64,000 nt of DNA from Patescibacteria group bacterium (lineage in GTDB: Bacteria; Patescibacteriota; Minisyncoccia; Phycocordibacterales; SIBU01): NCBI GenBank assembly GCA_040390045.1, contig JAZJZC010000001.1, positions 254,318 to 318,317 on the forward strand. Reading direction: 5' to 3'. Shown here one piece after another: positions 1 to 9,177 of this stretch. Within the stretch, counting starts at the first letter, position 1. Every line of letters begins with the position of its first letter. A program made the position numbers and the translations under genes. The notes under the pieces are model-generated. The model was given only the letters and a program-made list of their open reading frames with translations, had not been told where the DNA came from and made no database searches.

Positions 1-53
1 TAATTTGGTGAAGTTTGCGTATTAGCAAACCAAGCCAATTTTCACTACGGGAT
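1..53. repeat. Right end of a MITE-like element (copy 1, truncated by window edge); its terminal cgggAT supplies the start of fcl
   Basis: aatttggtgaag...agcaaaccaagccaattttcactacgggat aligns with 6879-6930. Confidence 0.8.
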
Positions 54-981
54 GGAAAAAAATTCCAAAATTTATGTTGCTGGACACCGAGGACTGGCGG
101 GGTCGGCAATAGTTCGCAAACTGATTGCTGAAGGCTTTACGAACCTCGTGCTCAAAACGCGATCTGAACTCGACCTTCTCGATCAAAAAGCTGTCGCTCA
201 ATTTTTCGAAAAGGAAAAACCGGAATTTGTTTTTTTGGCAGCCGCGAAAGTCGGCGGCATCATGGCGAATAACACCCACCCCGCAGAATTTATTTATGAA
301 AATTTGGTGGTTCAAACAAATGTCTTGCACGCGGCTCAAAAAAACAACGTGCAAAAATTAGTATTCCTTGGAAGTTCCTGCATCTACCCGCGTCTCGCTC
401 CGCAACCAATCAAAGAAGAATATTTTTTGTCAGGACCTCTGGAGCCAACAAATGAAGCCTACGCCGTGGCGAAAATTGCCGGCATCGTGACTTGCCAAGC
501 CTACCGAACAGAATATGGCTCAAATTTTATTTCAATTATGCCAACCAACCTGTACGGACCAAATGACAATTTCGATCTAGAAAATTCTCATGTCTTGCAA
601 GGATTGATTCGCCGATTCCATGAAGCCAAAGAAAGCGGGGCGCAGACAATTACCCTGTGGGGGACGGGCACCGCGCGACGAGAACTCCTTCAAGTTGATG
701 ATTTTGCCACCGCCGCACTGTTCCTCATGCAAAATTACAACAGCGGAGAGATTATCAACGTAGGCACGGGTACTGACATTTCCATAAAAGAACTTGCTGA
801 AAGCGTGAAAAAAATTGTTGGATTTTCTGGTGAAATTTTGTGGGACACAACGAAACCCGACGGTATGCCAAGAAAACTTCTCGATGTTTCTAAAATTCAC
901 AAACTCGGCTGGAAACATTCCGTTGCCCTCGAGGACGGCATCCATGACACATACGAATGGTATGTCAAAAACGTAAAGTAA
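52..981 (+). CDS. fcl: GDP-L-fucose synthase
   Basis: IYVAGHRGLAGSAI, AAAKVGGI, LGSSCIYP, YAVAK, PTNLYGPNDNF, KPDGMPRKLLD motifs. Confidence 0.97.
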   Translation: MEKNSKIYVAGHRGLAGSAIVRKLIAEGFTNLVLKTRSELDLLDQKAVAQFFEKEKPEFVFLAAAKVGGIMANNTHPAEFIYENLVVQTNVLHAAQKNNVQKLVFLGSSCIYPRLAPQPIKEEYFLSGPLEPTNEAYAVAKIAGIVTCQAYRTEYGSNFISIMPTNLYGPNDNFDLENSHVLQGLIRRFHEAKESGAQTITLWGTGTARRELLQVDDFATAALFLMQNYNSGEIINVGTGTDISIKELAESVKKIVGFSGEILWDTTKPDGMPRKLLDVSKIHKLGWKHSVALEDGIHDTYEWYVKNVK

Positions 982-997
982 AAAATGAAAAACTAAA

Positions 998-1816
998 ATG
1001 AAGACGTTAATTATTAAACCAAAAAAAACTTTCAGCCTTGAGGACATCAGGGAAGTTTGGCGTTACAAAGAGCTGCTGGTTTTTTTCGTTTGGCGCGATA
1101 TCAAAGTTCGCTACAAACAAACCATTGTCGGCATCGGCTGGGCAATTTTCCAACCGTTTATGACCATGGTTGTGTTTAGCGTTTTCTTCGGCAAACTGAT
1201 TCAAGTGCCTTCGGACGGCATTCCCTATCCAATTTTCGTCTACACTGGACTTTTATTTTGGCAACTATTTGCATCTGCGTTAGGCGATACTTCCAACTCA
1301 CTTATTTCCAACTCAGCCATCATCACCAAAGTATATTTTCCTCGAATAATTTTACCCCTCGCTGATACTGCCAACAAATTCGTGGATTTTTTCTTTGCCA
1401 GTTTGGCTCTCATTTTCTTAATGTTCCACTATGGATATATTCCAGATCTCGCTGGAATTCTTTTGATCCCCGTACTGCTTATAATTACTTCTGCTACGGC
1501 AGTAGGTGCAGGACTGGTGCTCGCGTCAATCAACGTGAAATACCGAGACGTCAGATATATTCTGCCATTTTTTATGCAACTGTTGCTTTTTCTCACACCC
1601 GTTATTTACCCTTCAAGTATCGCTGGAAAATATAGTTGGATCCTTTCGCTCAACCCAATGACAGGCGTGATCAAAGCGGCACGAGCAGGTATTCTCGGCA
1701 CAGGGCCTATTGGGTGGAATTCCCTGGCAATTTCAGCCTTCATGGCAGTGGTATTTTTAAGTATTGGAATTTATTTATTCAAAAAAACTGAACGATATTT
1801 TGCCGATATTGTATAA
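998..1816 (+). CDS. wzm: ABC-2 polysaccharide export permease
   Basis: RDIKVRYKQT..G..WA..QP, KVYFPR, YRDV motifs; multiple TM segments. Confidence 0.95.
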   Translation: MKTLIIKPKKTFSLEDIREVWRYKELLVFFVWRDIKVRYKQTIVGIGWAIFQPFMTMVVFSVFFGKLIQVPSDGIPYPIFVYTGLLFWQLFASALGDTSNSLISNSAIITKVYFPRIILPLADTANKFVDFFFASLALIFLMFHYGYIPDLAGILLIPVLLIITSATAVGAGLVLASINVKYRDVRYILPFFMQLLLFLTPVIYPSSIAGKYSWILSLNPMTGVIKAARAGILGTGPIGWNSLAISAFMAVVFLSIGIYLFKKTERYFADIV

Positions 1817-1820
1817 ATGT

Positions 1821-3086
1821 ATGGACCCTATAATTACTATAAAAAATATTGGTAAGCGCTATAACATCACCGGAAGAAAAGGTGGGTATGTTGCCCTGCG
1901 AGATATTTTCTCTGAGTATGTGCGACATCCGTATAGGAGTTTGAAGCACATCGTGAAATACATTCTCGGAAAAAATCGCAATGAAGTTTTTTGGGCACTG
2001 AGAGACATTAATTTCACCGTCGAAAAAGGCGAAGCCATCGGAATCATTGGACCAAACGGCGCCGGCAAATCAACCTTGCTCAAAATTCTCTCGAGAATTA
2101 CTCCGCCAACAGAGGGTGAGATTCGCATTCAAGGTAGAGTCGCATCGCTTCTCGAGGTAGGAACAGGCTTTCATCCGGAACTTTCTGGCCGCGAAAATAT
2201 TTATCTCAACGGCGCCATTTTAGGCATGACTCGAAAAGAAATTGCTGGAAAAATAGATCAGATCATCGAATTTTCCGGAGTGTCACAATTCATTGATACT
2301 CCGGTTAAACGCTATTCATCCGGAATGTACGTTAGGCTAGCCTTCGCCATCGCGGCCCATATTGAACCTGACATTTTAATCGTTGACGAAGTGCTTGCCG
2401 TCGGCGACGCTGAATTCCAAAGGAAATGTCTCGGCAAAATGGATGAAGTGACTCGCGTTGGGCATCGAACAGTAATTTTTGTCAGTCACAATATGGATGC
2501 TATTAGTAGACTCTGTACCAAAACCATCCTTCTCGATAAAGGAAAAATAATTGCCGCCGGAGACACCGATGAAGTCATCGGAAAATATTTGAGCGCCGGA
2601 TACAATTCTGCCACACACCTGCCATTCCCTATTAAAGATCGAGAAGTAAATTTGCATAGCTATTCAGTACAGCAGGATGGAAACGAAACCCTAACCATTG
2701 CGGGCGAGAAACCTTTCAAAGTGCACGTGGATTTTTCAATTGAAAAAATGCTGCGTTCGTTCAGAGCGGGAATCTTCGTAAAAAATATTATGGGCACCGT
2801 CATTACGAGAACTTTTGTGCAAGACTACGCCCGTGAGTTAGAAGAAATCGCTCCGGGAAGATACCGCGCGGCAATTGAAATCCCTCCGGGACTTTTGATG
2901 ACAGGCGAATACCACCTTGAGCTTAAAATTTTCTGCCTTGGTATCACCAATTTCTTTGAAGACGAACACATTGAAAAAAATATCACGGTGTATTCACCAA
3001 AAAATTATAACGAGGTTCGCTCAAAAAATACCGACCTCCGAGGTTACTTTTTAATACCAAGTAAGTGGGAAACAAAAAAGGAGTAA
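1821..3086 (+). CDS. wzt: ABC polysaccharide export ATPase with C-terminal carbohydrate-binding (Wzt-C) domain
   Basis: GPNGAGKSTLL, YSSGM, DEVLAVGD; ATG at 1821 just after the wzm stop. Confidence 0.95.
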   Translation: MDPIITIKNIGKRYNITGRKGGYVALRDIFSEYVRHPYRSLKHIVKYILGKNRNEVFWALRDINFTVEKGEAIGIIGPNGAGKSTLLKILSRITPPTEGEIRIQGRVASLLEVGTGFHPELSGRENIYLNGAILGMTRKEIAGKIDQIIEFSGVSQFIDTPVKRYSSGMYVRLAFAIAAHIEPDILIVDEVLAVGDAEFQRKCLGKMDEVTRVGHRTVIFVSHNMDAISRLCTKTILLDKGKIIAAGDTDEVIGKYLSAGYNSATHLPFPIKDREVNLHSYSVQQDGNETLTIAGEKPFKVHVDFSIEKMLRSFRAGIFVKNIMGTVITRTFVQDYARELEEIAPGRYRAAIEIPPGLLMTGEYHLELKIFCLGITNFFEDEHIEKNITVYSPKNYNEVRSKNTDLRGYFLIPSKWETKKE

Positions 3087-3093
3087 CCTCGTC

Positions 3094-4200
3094 ATGACGA
3101 ACGATTCAAAAAAATTAATCCGAGTGAAGGTCTCAACTTCAAGTCCTGCCGTGCCTCACATTAAAACGACACCGGGCTCCAAAGGAGTTGTTGGAAATTT
3201 CCAATTTTTCATCGATCAGGATGTGAAAGACGTCGATTGGTGGGTGGTGGTGGACGGATTTCCACAAAAAGAAACTGCTTCGTGTCCAAGAGAAAATACC
3301 ATTCTCATCACTCAGGAAACCGAAGTGGTCAAAACCTACAGCCAAAAATACATTGATCAATTCCATTGGATAATTACTAGCCAGCAAACTCTCAAACACC
3401 CGAGGCAAATTTTCACCCAACAAGGCCATCAATCCTATCTGTTTCTGAGGCGGCGAGAAGCGGGGCAAAGCCTCGAAAGTTTTCAAGCACAATTTAAAAC
3501 CTACGACGAGCTCCGCGCTCAAACGCCCGCTGACATTCCAAAATCCAAATTGCTCTCAACGGTTATTTCTCAAAAATTACGCACAGAAGGTGCTCAAGCG
3601 CGACACCATTTTGTGATGGAATTACGGAAACACTTCGGTGATCGGTTTGATATTTTCAGTAATAAACTCGCAGACAACAGTCAAAATGTTTTTGGTCCGG
3701 AAGCCAAAACCACGCCCTACAAATGGGATGCGGTTGCGCCATATAAATATTTGCTTTCGATTGAAAACAGTTACGCTCCGAACTGGTGGACCAATCACCT
3801 CTTCGACGGCTTCATCGCTGGCGCCTACCCTATTTTTTACGGCCATCCATCTGTGTTTAATTATTTCCCAAAAAATTCTCTCACCTTAATCGACATCAAT
3901 GATCTTCCCGGATCAATCGCCACCATCGAAAGGGTTTTCTCAGAAAACTATTTTGAGAAATACCAAAAAGAAATTTGGGAGGCACGAAGACTTGTCTTGG
4001 ATAAATATTATCTGTTCGGCATGTTGGCTGAAGAAATAGCAAAACTTCCCGCTGGAAAAAATCCAACACGCATTACTCTTTTCCCCGAGCAGAAACCGTG
4101 GCTGAAGAAAAAAATTGTTGAAACATTGCGCGGAAAAGGAGTGTTATATACCATACCAAGGAAGTTATATAGAATGTATCGAAAAATCCGTTATGATTAA
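3094..4200 (+). CDS. GT10 (alpha-1,3-fucosyltransferase-like) glycosyltransferase
   Basis: KWDAVAPYKYLLSIENS..WT..LFD...G..PIFYG resembles the GT10 C-terminal motif. Confidence 0.75.
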   Translation: MTNDSKKLIRVKVSTSSPAVPHIKTTPGSKGVVGNFQFFIDQDVKDVDWWVVVDGFPQKETASCPRENTILITQETEVVKTYSQKYIDQFHWIITSQQTLKHPRQIFTQQGHQSYLFLRRREAGQSLESFQAQFKTYDELRAQTPADIPKSKLLSTVISQKLRTEGAQARHHFVMELRKHFGDRFDIFSNKLADNSQNVFGPEAKTTPYKWDAVAPYKYLLSIENSYAPNWWTNHLFDGFIAGAYPIFYGHPSVFNYFPKNSLTLIDINDLPGSIATIERVFSENYFEKYQKEIWEARRLVLDKYYLFGMLAEEIAKLPAGKNPTRITLFPEQKPWLKKKIVETLRGKGVLYTIPRKLYRMYRKIRYD

Positions 4201-4876
4201 AAATAAAAAAATTGTGGCGCTCATACCTTTGCGCGGAGGGTCAAAATCAATCCCGTACAAAAATATAAAAAACTTAGGAGGAAAACCTCTGGCTTTTTGG
4301 GTATGCCAAGCGGCTTTAGAATCAAAATACATTGATGCGGTGTATGTTTCGACTGAGGATGAAAAAATTAAAAAAACTATTGAAAATCTCAAACTTCCTA
4401 TAAAAATTATAGACCGACCGGAAAACCTAGCGACCGATGTTGCAACTGACGAAGCGGTCCTATTGCATGCGATACAGGAAATTAAATGTGACATCTTGAT
4501 TGACCTCCACGCCACTCACCCTTTGACTGACGCATCACATTTGGATTCCGCTCTGGAAAAGTTTGTTAAAGGGGGTTATGATTCGATGCTTACAGGAGTG
4601 CTATTTAAAAACTTCTACTGGACACGAGAAGGTGTGCCGCTCAATTACAATCCCTTGAAAAGACCGATGCGACAACAGTGGGAAGGCACGGTGACCGAAA
4701 ATGGCGCGTTTTACATCACAACTCCAGACACGCTCCGAACGCACGGAAATTTTTTAGGAGGAAAAATAGGCATTTATGAAATGCCGAAGGACATCTACGT
4801 TGATATCGATGAACCGTCGGACTGGGAAAAGGCGGAAAAAATGTTCGCTTTAAAAAAGGTGACCAAAAACGATTAA
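4193..4876 (+). CDS. neuA: Acylneuraminate (nonulosonate) cytidylyltransferase
   Basis: IPLRGGSKSIPYKNIK..GGKPL, VSTED, ENGAFY, DIDEPSD. Confidence 0.93.
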   Translation: MIKNKKIVALIPLRGGSKSIPYKNIKNLGGKPLAFWVCQAALESKYIDAVYVSTEDEKIKKTIENLKLPIKIIDRPENLATDVATDEAVLLHAIQEIKCDILIDLHATHPLTDASHLDSALEKFVKGGYDSMLTGVLFKNFYWTREGVPLNYNPLKRPMRQQWEGTVTENGAFYITTPDTLRTHGNFLGGKIGIYEMPKDIYVDIDEPSDWEKAEKMFALKKVTKND

Positions 4877-4894
4877 AAAATTAGCGCACAAAGC

Positions 4895-6790
4895 ATGAAA
4901 AATAAAACCATAAAAATAGGCGATCGAATAATTGGGGAGAACCAGCCAGCCTTTATTATTGCCGAAGCTGGCATCAACCACAACGGCCATATTGAATTGG
5001 CAAAAAAATTGATTGATCTTGCGGTTACCGCCAGGGCTGACGCCGTAAAATTTCAGATGCGGGATTTTAAAACTCTCTACACCGATAATGCCTGGAACAA
5101 CACGAAACATGAAGATATTGCTTCGCAGTATGTTTTATCGCTCATTCGTGAATCGGAACTCTCTTTTGATAATTTTAAAGAACTTTCTCGATACGCCAAA
5201 TCAAAAGGAATTATATTTCTCTGTACGCCGTTTGACGTCGCGAGCGTTGATGCTTTGGAAAAATTGGGCGTACCTGCGTATAAGGTTTCGAGTGGTGACA
5301 TGGTGAATTTTGAATTACTTGAATATATCGCCAGCAAAAACAAACCGATGCTTCTTTCGACCGGTATGTCCACCTTCGACGAAATAGAAAAAACCGTCAA
5401 ACACTTGGATACTCTTGGCGCCGAATATATTTTGCTTCATTGCAACAGCACCTACCCAACCCCCGGAAAGGATATTAACCTTCGATTTATTCAGATTCTT
5501 AAAGAAAAGTTTGGCGGCATTGTCGGCTATTCCGGACATGAATTGGGAATTGCGGTAAGCACTGCGAGCGTCGCCCTAGGTGCCAAAGTAATCGAGCGCC
5601 ATATTACTCTTGATCACACCATGAAGGGGCCCGACCACGCAGTCAGTCTTGAACCAGCCGGCATCGTCAAACAAGTTCGAGATATTCGCTATCTCGAGTT
5701 GGCCTTACAAGGTGATAAAAAATTCATCACTTCAGGAGAATTCATGAATCGTAAAATTATGGGCAAAAGCCTGGTGGCTAAAGCCGCCATTAAGAAGGGC
5801 GATACGATTACCCGTCAAATGGTAATCGCCAAAAGTCCCGCCAAAGGTCTTTCTCCACAAAAATTGTACGAACTTGTTGGCACCAAAGCCCTTCGGGATA
5901 TTCCGAAGGAAGGTTACTTTACTGAAGAGGATTTAGGCAAAAAAAAGATTGATAGAACTTTTTCCTCAAACAGAAAGTGGGGGCTCATTGTCCGCCCACA
6001 TGACTTTGAAGAGATGATCGAGGGTCTTAAGCCTTCATTTGTAGAGTTCCATTTCAGTTCACATGACTTAAAAAATCCGATTGTCCTCAAAGATCATCCC
6101 GAACTAGAACTGATTGTTCATGCGCCTGAACTCTGGGGAGATGAGCTGCTTGATTTTTCTTCAACTGATCCTGCCACCATTAAACATTCAATTAAATACA
6201 TCAATGACCTCTTGAACACTGTCCGTTCAATGCGTAAACATTTTGGGAAAACTCCTCCAAAAGTAAAAGTGGTGCTTCACCCGGGTGGCATGAGTTTCGA
6301 TCAATTTGTTACAAAAAGTGAGCGCGCAAAAATGTACACCAAGCTCGGTAATGCTTTGAAAAAAATTGATCAAACCGGCATCGAGCTTCTCTTGGAAAAT
6401 CAAGCTCCCCTGCCATGGTATAAAGGCGGATCGTGGTTTTCCAACACCTTCATTGACGCCGATGAAATATTTGAGTTTGCGAAAAAACACGGCTTCAGTC
6501 TCTGTTATGATAGTAGCCATGCGCAGTTGTACTGCTCATTAGCCAAAAAAGATCCGATTGAATACTTCAAAACTCTGAAACCCTTGGTTAAACACGTTCA
6601 CCTCTCTGACGGCATCGGTACTGACGGTGAGGGCATTCAAGTAGAAGAAGGTGATGTGCCGTGGAAATTACTCATGCCGGAAATCCTAAAAACGGATACA
6701 ACAATCGCCCCAGAAATCTGGATGGGACACCGCAACAATGGCGAAGGGTTTATTACAGGACTCAAACGACTGAAAAAATATGGGTTATAA
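4895..6790 (+). CDS. neuB: N-acetylneuraminate synthase family (NeuB + SAF) fused to a C-terminal xylose-isomerase-like TIM barrel
   Basis: IAEAGINHNG, VKFQ, LHCNSTYP, GYSGHE, IERHITLD; C-terminal ENQ, DSSHA, HVHLSD, PEIW. Confidence 0.92.
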   Translation: MKNKTIKIGDRIIGENQPAFIIAEAGINHNGHIELAKKLIDLAVTARADAVKFQMRDFKTLYTDNAWNNTKHEDIASQYVLSLIRESELSFDNFKELSRYAKSKGIIFLCTPFDVASVDALEKLGVPAYKVSSGDMVNFELLEYIASKNKPMLLSTGMSTFDEIEKTVKHLDTLGAEYILLHCNSTYPTPGKDINLRFIQILKEKFGGIVGYSGHELGIAVSTASVALGAKVIERHITLDHTMKGPDHAVSLEPAGIVKQVRDIRYLELALQGDKKFITSGEFMNRKIMGKSLVAKAAIKKGDTITRQMVIAKSPAKGLSPQKLYELVGTKALRDIPKEGYFTEEDLGKKKIDRTFSSNRKWGLIVRPHDFEEMIEGLKPSFVEFHFSSHDLKNPIVLKDHPELELIVHAPELWGDELLDFSSTDPATIKHSIKYINDLLNTVRSMRKHFGKTPPKVKVVLHPGGMSFDQFVTKSERAKMYTKLGNALKKIDQTGIELLLENQAPLPWYKGGSWFSNTFIDADEIFEFAKKHGFSLCYDSSHAQLYCSLAKKDPIEYFKTLKPLVKHVHLSDGIGTDGEGIQVEEGDVPWKLLMPEILKTDTTIAPEIWMGHRNNGEGFITGLKRLKKYGL

Positions 6791-6930
6791 TCCCGTAGTA
6801 GAAATTGGCTTCGCTGTTTGCTACAACAAACTTAAAGTATAATATGAGAGTTTCAATTACAAAACTTAGCTTAATCTAAATTTGGCGAAGTTCGCTTCAC
6901 AGCAAACAGAGCCAATTTTCACTACGGGAT
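6790..6930. mobile_element. 141-bp MITE-like element with ~30-bp terminal inverted repeats filling the whole neuB-TylF intergenic space
   Basis: Left atcccgtagtagaaattggcttcgctgtttgct (6790-6822) versus reverse complement of 6901-6930 atcccgtagtgaaaattggctctgtttgct; internal TATAAT at 6838-6843. Confidence 0.8.
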
Positions 6931-7594
6931 GAAAATTTTAAACCAATTTAACAGCGATGACAGTTTTCTGTACGAAAACGGTTTTTATCTCACCGCCAAA
7001 CCAGACCGACTTGGAAAACTTTTGGCGCACTACGAGCTCTACAAAAAAATTGCTGATTTGCCCGGCGCTATCGTTGAGTGCGGCGTATTTAAAGGCGCAT
7101 CACTCATCCGCTTCGCCACATTTCGAAATTTGTTTGAAGCAGAACACTCGAGAAAAATCATCGGCTTTGACATGTTTGGAAAATTTCCAGAAACTAAATT
7201 TAACGAAGATAAAAAATACCGCAAAAAATTTATTGACACTGCAGGCGAAGAAGGAATTACAGAAACTGAGCTTACGCAAGTCTTTGAACTCAAGGATTTG
7301 AAAAATTATGAATTGCTAAAGGGAGATATTAACAAAACGGTTCCTGAATACATAAAAAATAATCCGCACTTGAAAATTGCCCTACTCCACATCGACACCG
7401 ACGTCTACGAACCCGCAGTGACCATCCTCCGTGAAATGTATGACCGCGTCGTCCGCGGCGGCATCATTGCCTTTGATGACTACGGCACCTTCCCTGGCGA
7501 GACCAAGGCCGTCGATGAATTCTTCAAAGACAAAAAAGTTTCGATTAAAAAATTACCTTTTTCTCACATTCCCTCTTTTATCGTAAAACCGTAA
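6929..7594 (+). CDS. TylF/MycF-family O-methyltransferase
   Basis: PGAIVECGVFKGASL, GFDMF, LLHIDTDVYEP, GGIIAFDDY. Confidence 0.92.
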   Translation: MKILNQFNSDDSFLYENGFYLTAKPDRLGKLLAHYELYKKIADLPGAIVECGVFKGASLIRFATFRNLFEAEHSRKIIGFDMFGKFPETKFNEDKKYRKKFIDTAGEEGITETELTQVFELKDLKNYELLKGDINKTVPEYIKNNPHLKIALLHIDTDVYEPAVTILREMYDRVVRGGIIAFDDYGTFPGETKAVDEFFKDKKVSIKKLPFSHIPSFIVKP

Positions 7595-8292
7595 TGAAAA
7601 GTGGAGCTGTAATAAAACGAGGTGGAACAGATACTGAGAGACTCTATCTTGAGAGCCTTGATTTTAAAATGCCAACCGGAGAAAACGTGCAGGTCACAAA
7701 AACAGCAAGTGATGTCCCCGGCTACAATATGAAAGAGCATATTGCGCGACATACGGGGCGATACGCGCTTTTAAATCTATATGGCAAACCAGGGAACACC
7801 GTACTCGATTTCCCTTGCGGAAGCGGCTATGCATCTAAAATTGCAAAAAATCTCGAGCTCAATTACGAAGGAAAAGAATTCGACCGGGTAACTGTCGAGT
7901 ATGCCCGGCGCCTCTACGGCGCAGAACACATTACTTTCAATGAAGGCGATTTTACAAAACCAAACCTTTCAGAAAAAAGCTTTGATATAATTGCGTGCAT
8001 AGAAGGACTCGAACACATGGAGCAAAAATACCAACTTCCTCTTATCCAATCTTTCTATAAAAGCTTAAAAAAGGATGGAGTACTCATTGTCAGTTCCCCG
8101 GAAAATCCAACCGGAAAATCCGGACCGAGCATAACCAACAAAGATCATATTTGGGAGTTGACTAGAATCGACTTTAGTAAACTCCTGTCTAAAGTTTTCG
8201 GAGAAAAGAATGTTGAACTTCTGAGCTACAAAGCCCGATTAAGTACTGGAGTAATCTCGACCTGCTTCTATGGCGTCTGCCATAAAAACTAA
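7594..8292 (+). CDS. Class I SAM-dependent methyltransferase
   Basis: VLDFPCGSGY, FDIIACIEGLEH, LKKDGVLIVSSP. Confidence 0.88.
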   Translation: MKSGAVIKRGGTDTERLYLESLDFKMPTGENVQVTKTASDVPGYNMKEHIARHTGRYALLNLYGKPGNTVLDFPCGSGYASKIAKNLELNYEGKEFDRVTVEYARRLYGAEHITFNEGDFTKPNLSEKSFDIIACIEGLEHMEQKYQLPLIQSFYKSLKKDGVLIVSSPENPTGKSGPSITNKDHIWELTRIDFSKLLSKVFGEKNVELLSYKARLSTGVISTCFYGVCHKN

Positions 8293-8305
8293 TCCTTTTG
8301 CTACC

Positions 8306-9172
8306 ATGAGAACCGTCTTAAAAAAAATCCCGATACTAGGAAACCTTTTAAAAAAAACTGGTGATATCCGCCGTGCCATAAAAGACTCCTTTAATTCCTA
8401 CAATTTTTACCGACGTTACAAAAAAATTCTTAGGGCGAACGAGGTCATGGCTGGAAGCGCAAGGAATAAACGCGTCTTCATACTAGCAACTGGCCCCTCA
8501 ATCAAATCACAAAATCTTTCGATACTGAAAGACGAAATCTGCATCAGTGTCAGTAATTTTTTTGTCCATCCGGATTTTAAAACCATCCTTCCTAAATATC
8601 ACGTATTTGCCCCATCACACGACCCAATTCCAGACTCTCAGATTGTCCTCTGGTTTGCTGACGCCGAAAAACATTTCCCTGAAGGCCAAGAAGTTTTTGT
8701 GGCACTTCACGACAAATTCTTGGTAGATGGAAATAATCTTTTTAAAAAACAAAAAGTTCGGTACTATCAGATTGATTACGCCCGCAAAGGAAAAATTGAA
8801 AAAATAGATTTCACCAAACGTATTCCAGCCATTCAAACCGTGGCCCATCTCGCTACCTACCTTGGTTTGTATTTAGAACCTCAGGAATTATATCTTTTAG
8901 GAGTTGATCACGATTGGATATTGCATATCGACAAAGGTAGACATTTTTATGAAGAAGAAAAAAGTGTACTTGTCCAAGGCATTCCCCAAAAATCCCCAGT
9001 TCAAAAAGATCTAGAAGATGAGTTCCGAAACTATCTCAATTTATGGCATCTATATAAAAATATTCGCGCCTACGCCGCTAGCCACGGAGTAAGCATTAAA
9101 AACGCCACTCCGGGCTCTTTACTCGACGTGTTCCCGCGAGTGAACTTGGAAACTCTTTTCGAGCGTAAATAA
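8306..9172 (+). CDS. Maf/DUF115-like nonulosonate transferase (MptE-like domain)
   Basis: RVFILATGPSI, YLLGVDHD, IKNATPGSLL.VFP; in neuA/neuB operon. Confidence 0.75.
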   Translation: MRTVLKKIPILGNLLKKTGDIRRAIKDSFNSYNFYRRYKKILRANEVMAGSARNKRVFILATGPSIKSQNLSILKDEICISVSNFFVHPDFKTILPKYHVFAPSHDPIPDSQIVLWFADAEKHFPEGQEVFVALHDKFLVDGNNLFKKQKVRYYQIDYARKGKIEKIDFTKRIPAIQTVAHLATYLGLYLEPQELYLLGVDHDWILHIDKGRHFYEEEKSVLVQGIPQKSPVQKDLEDEFRNYLNLWHLYKNIRAYAASHGVSIKNATPGSLLDVFPRVNLETLFERK

Positions 9173-9177
9173 TTTTT

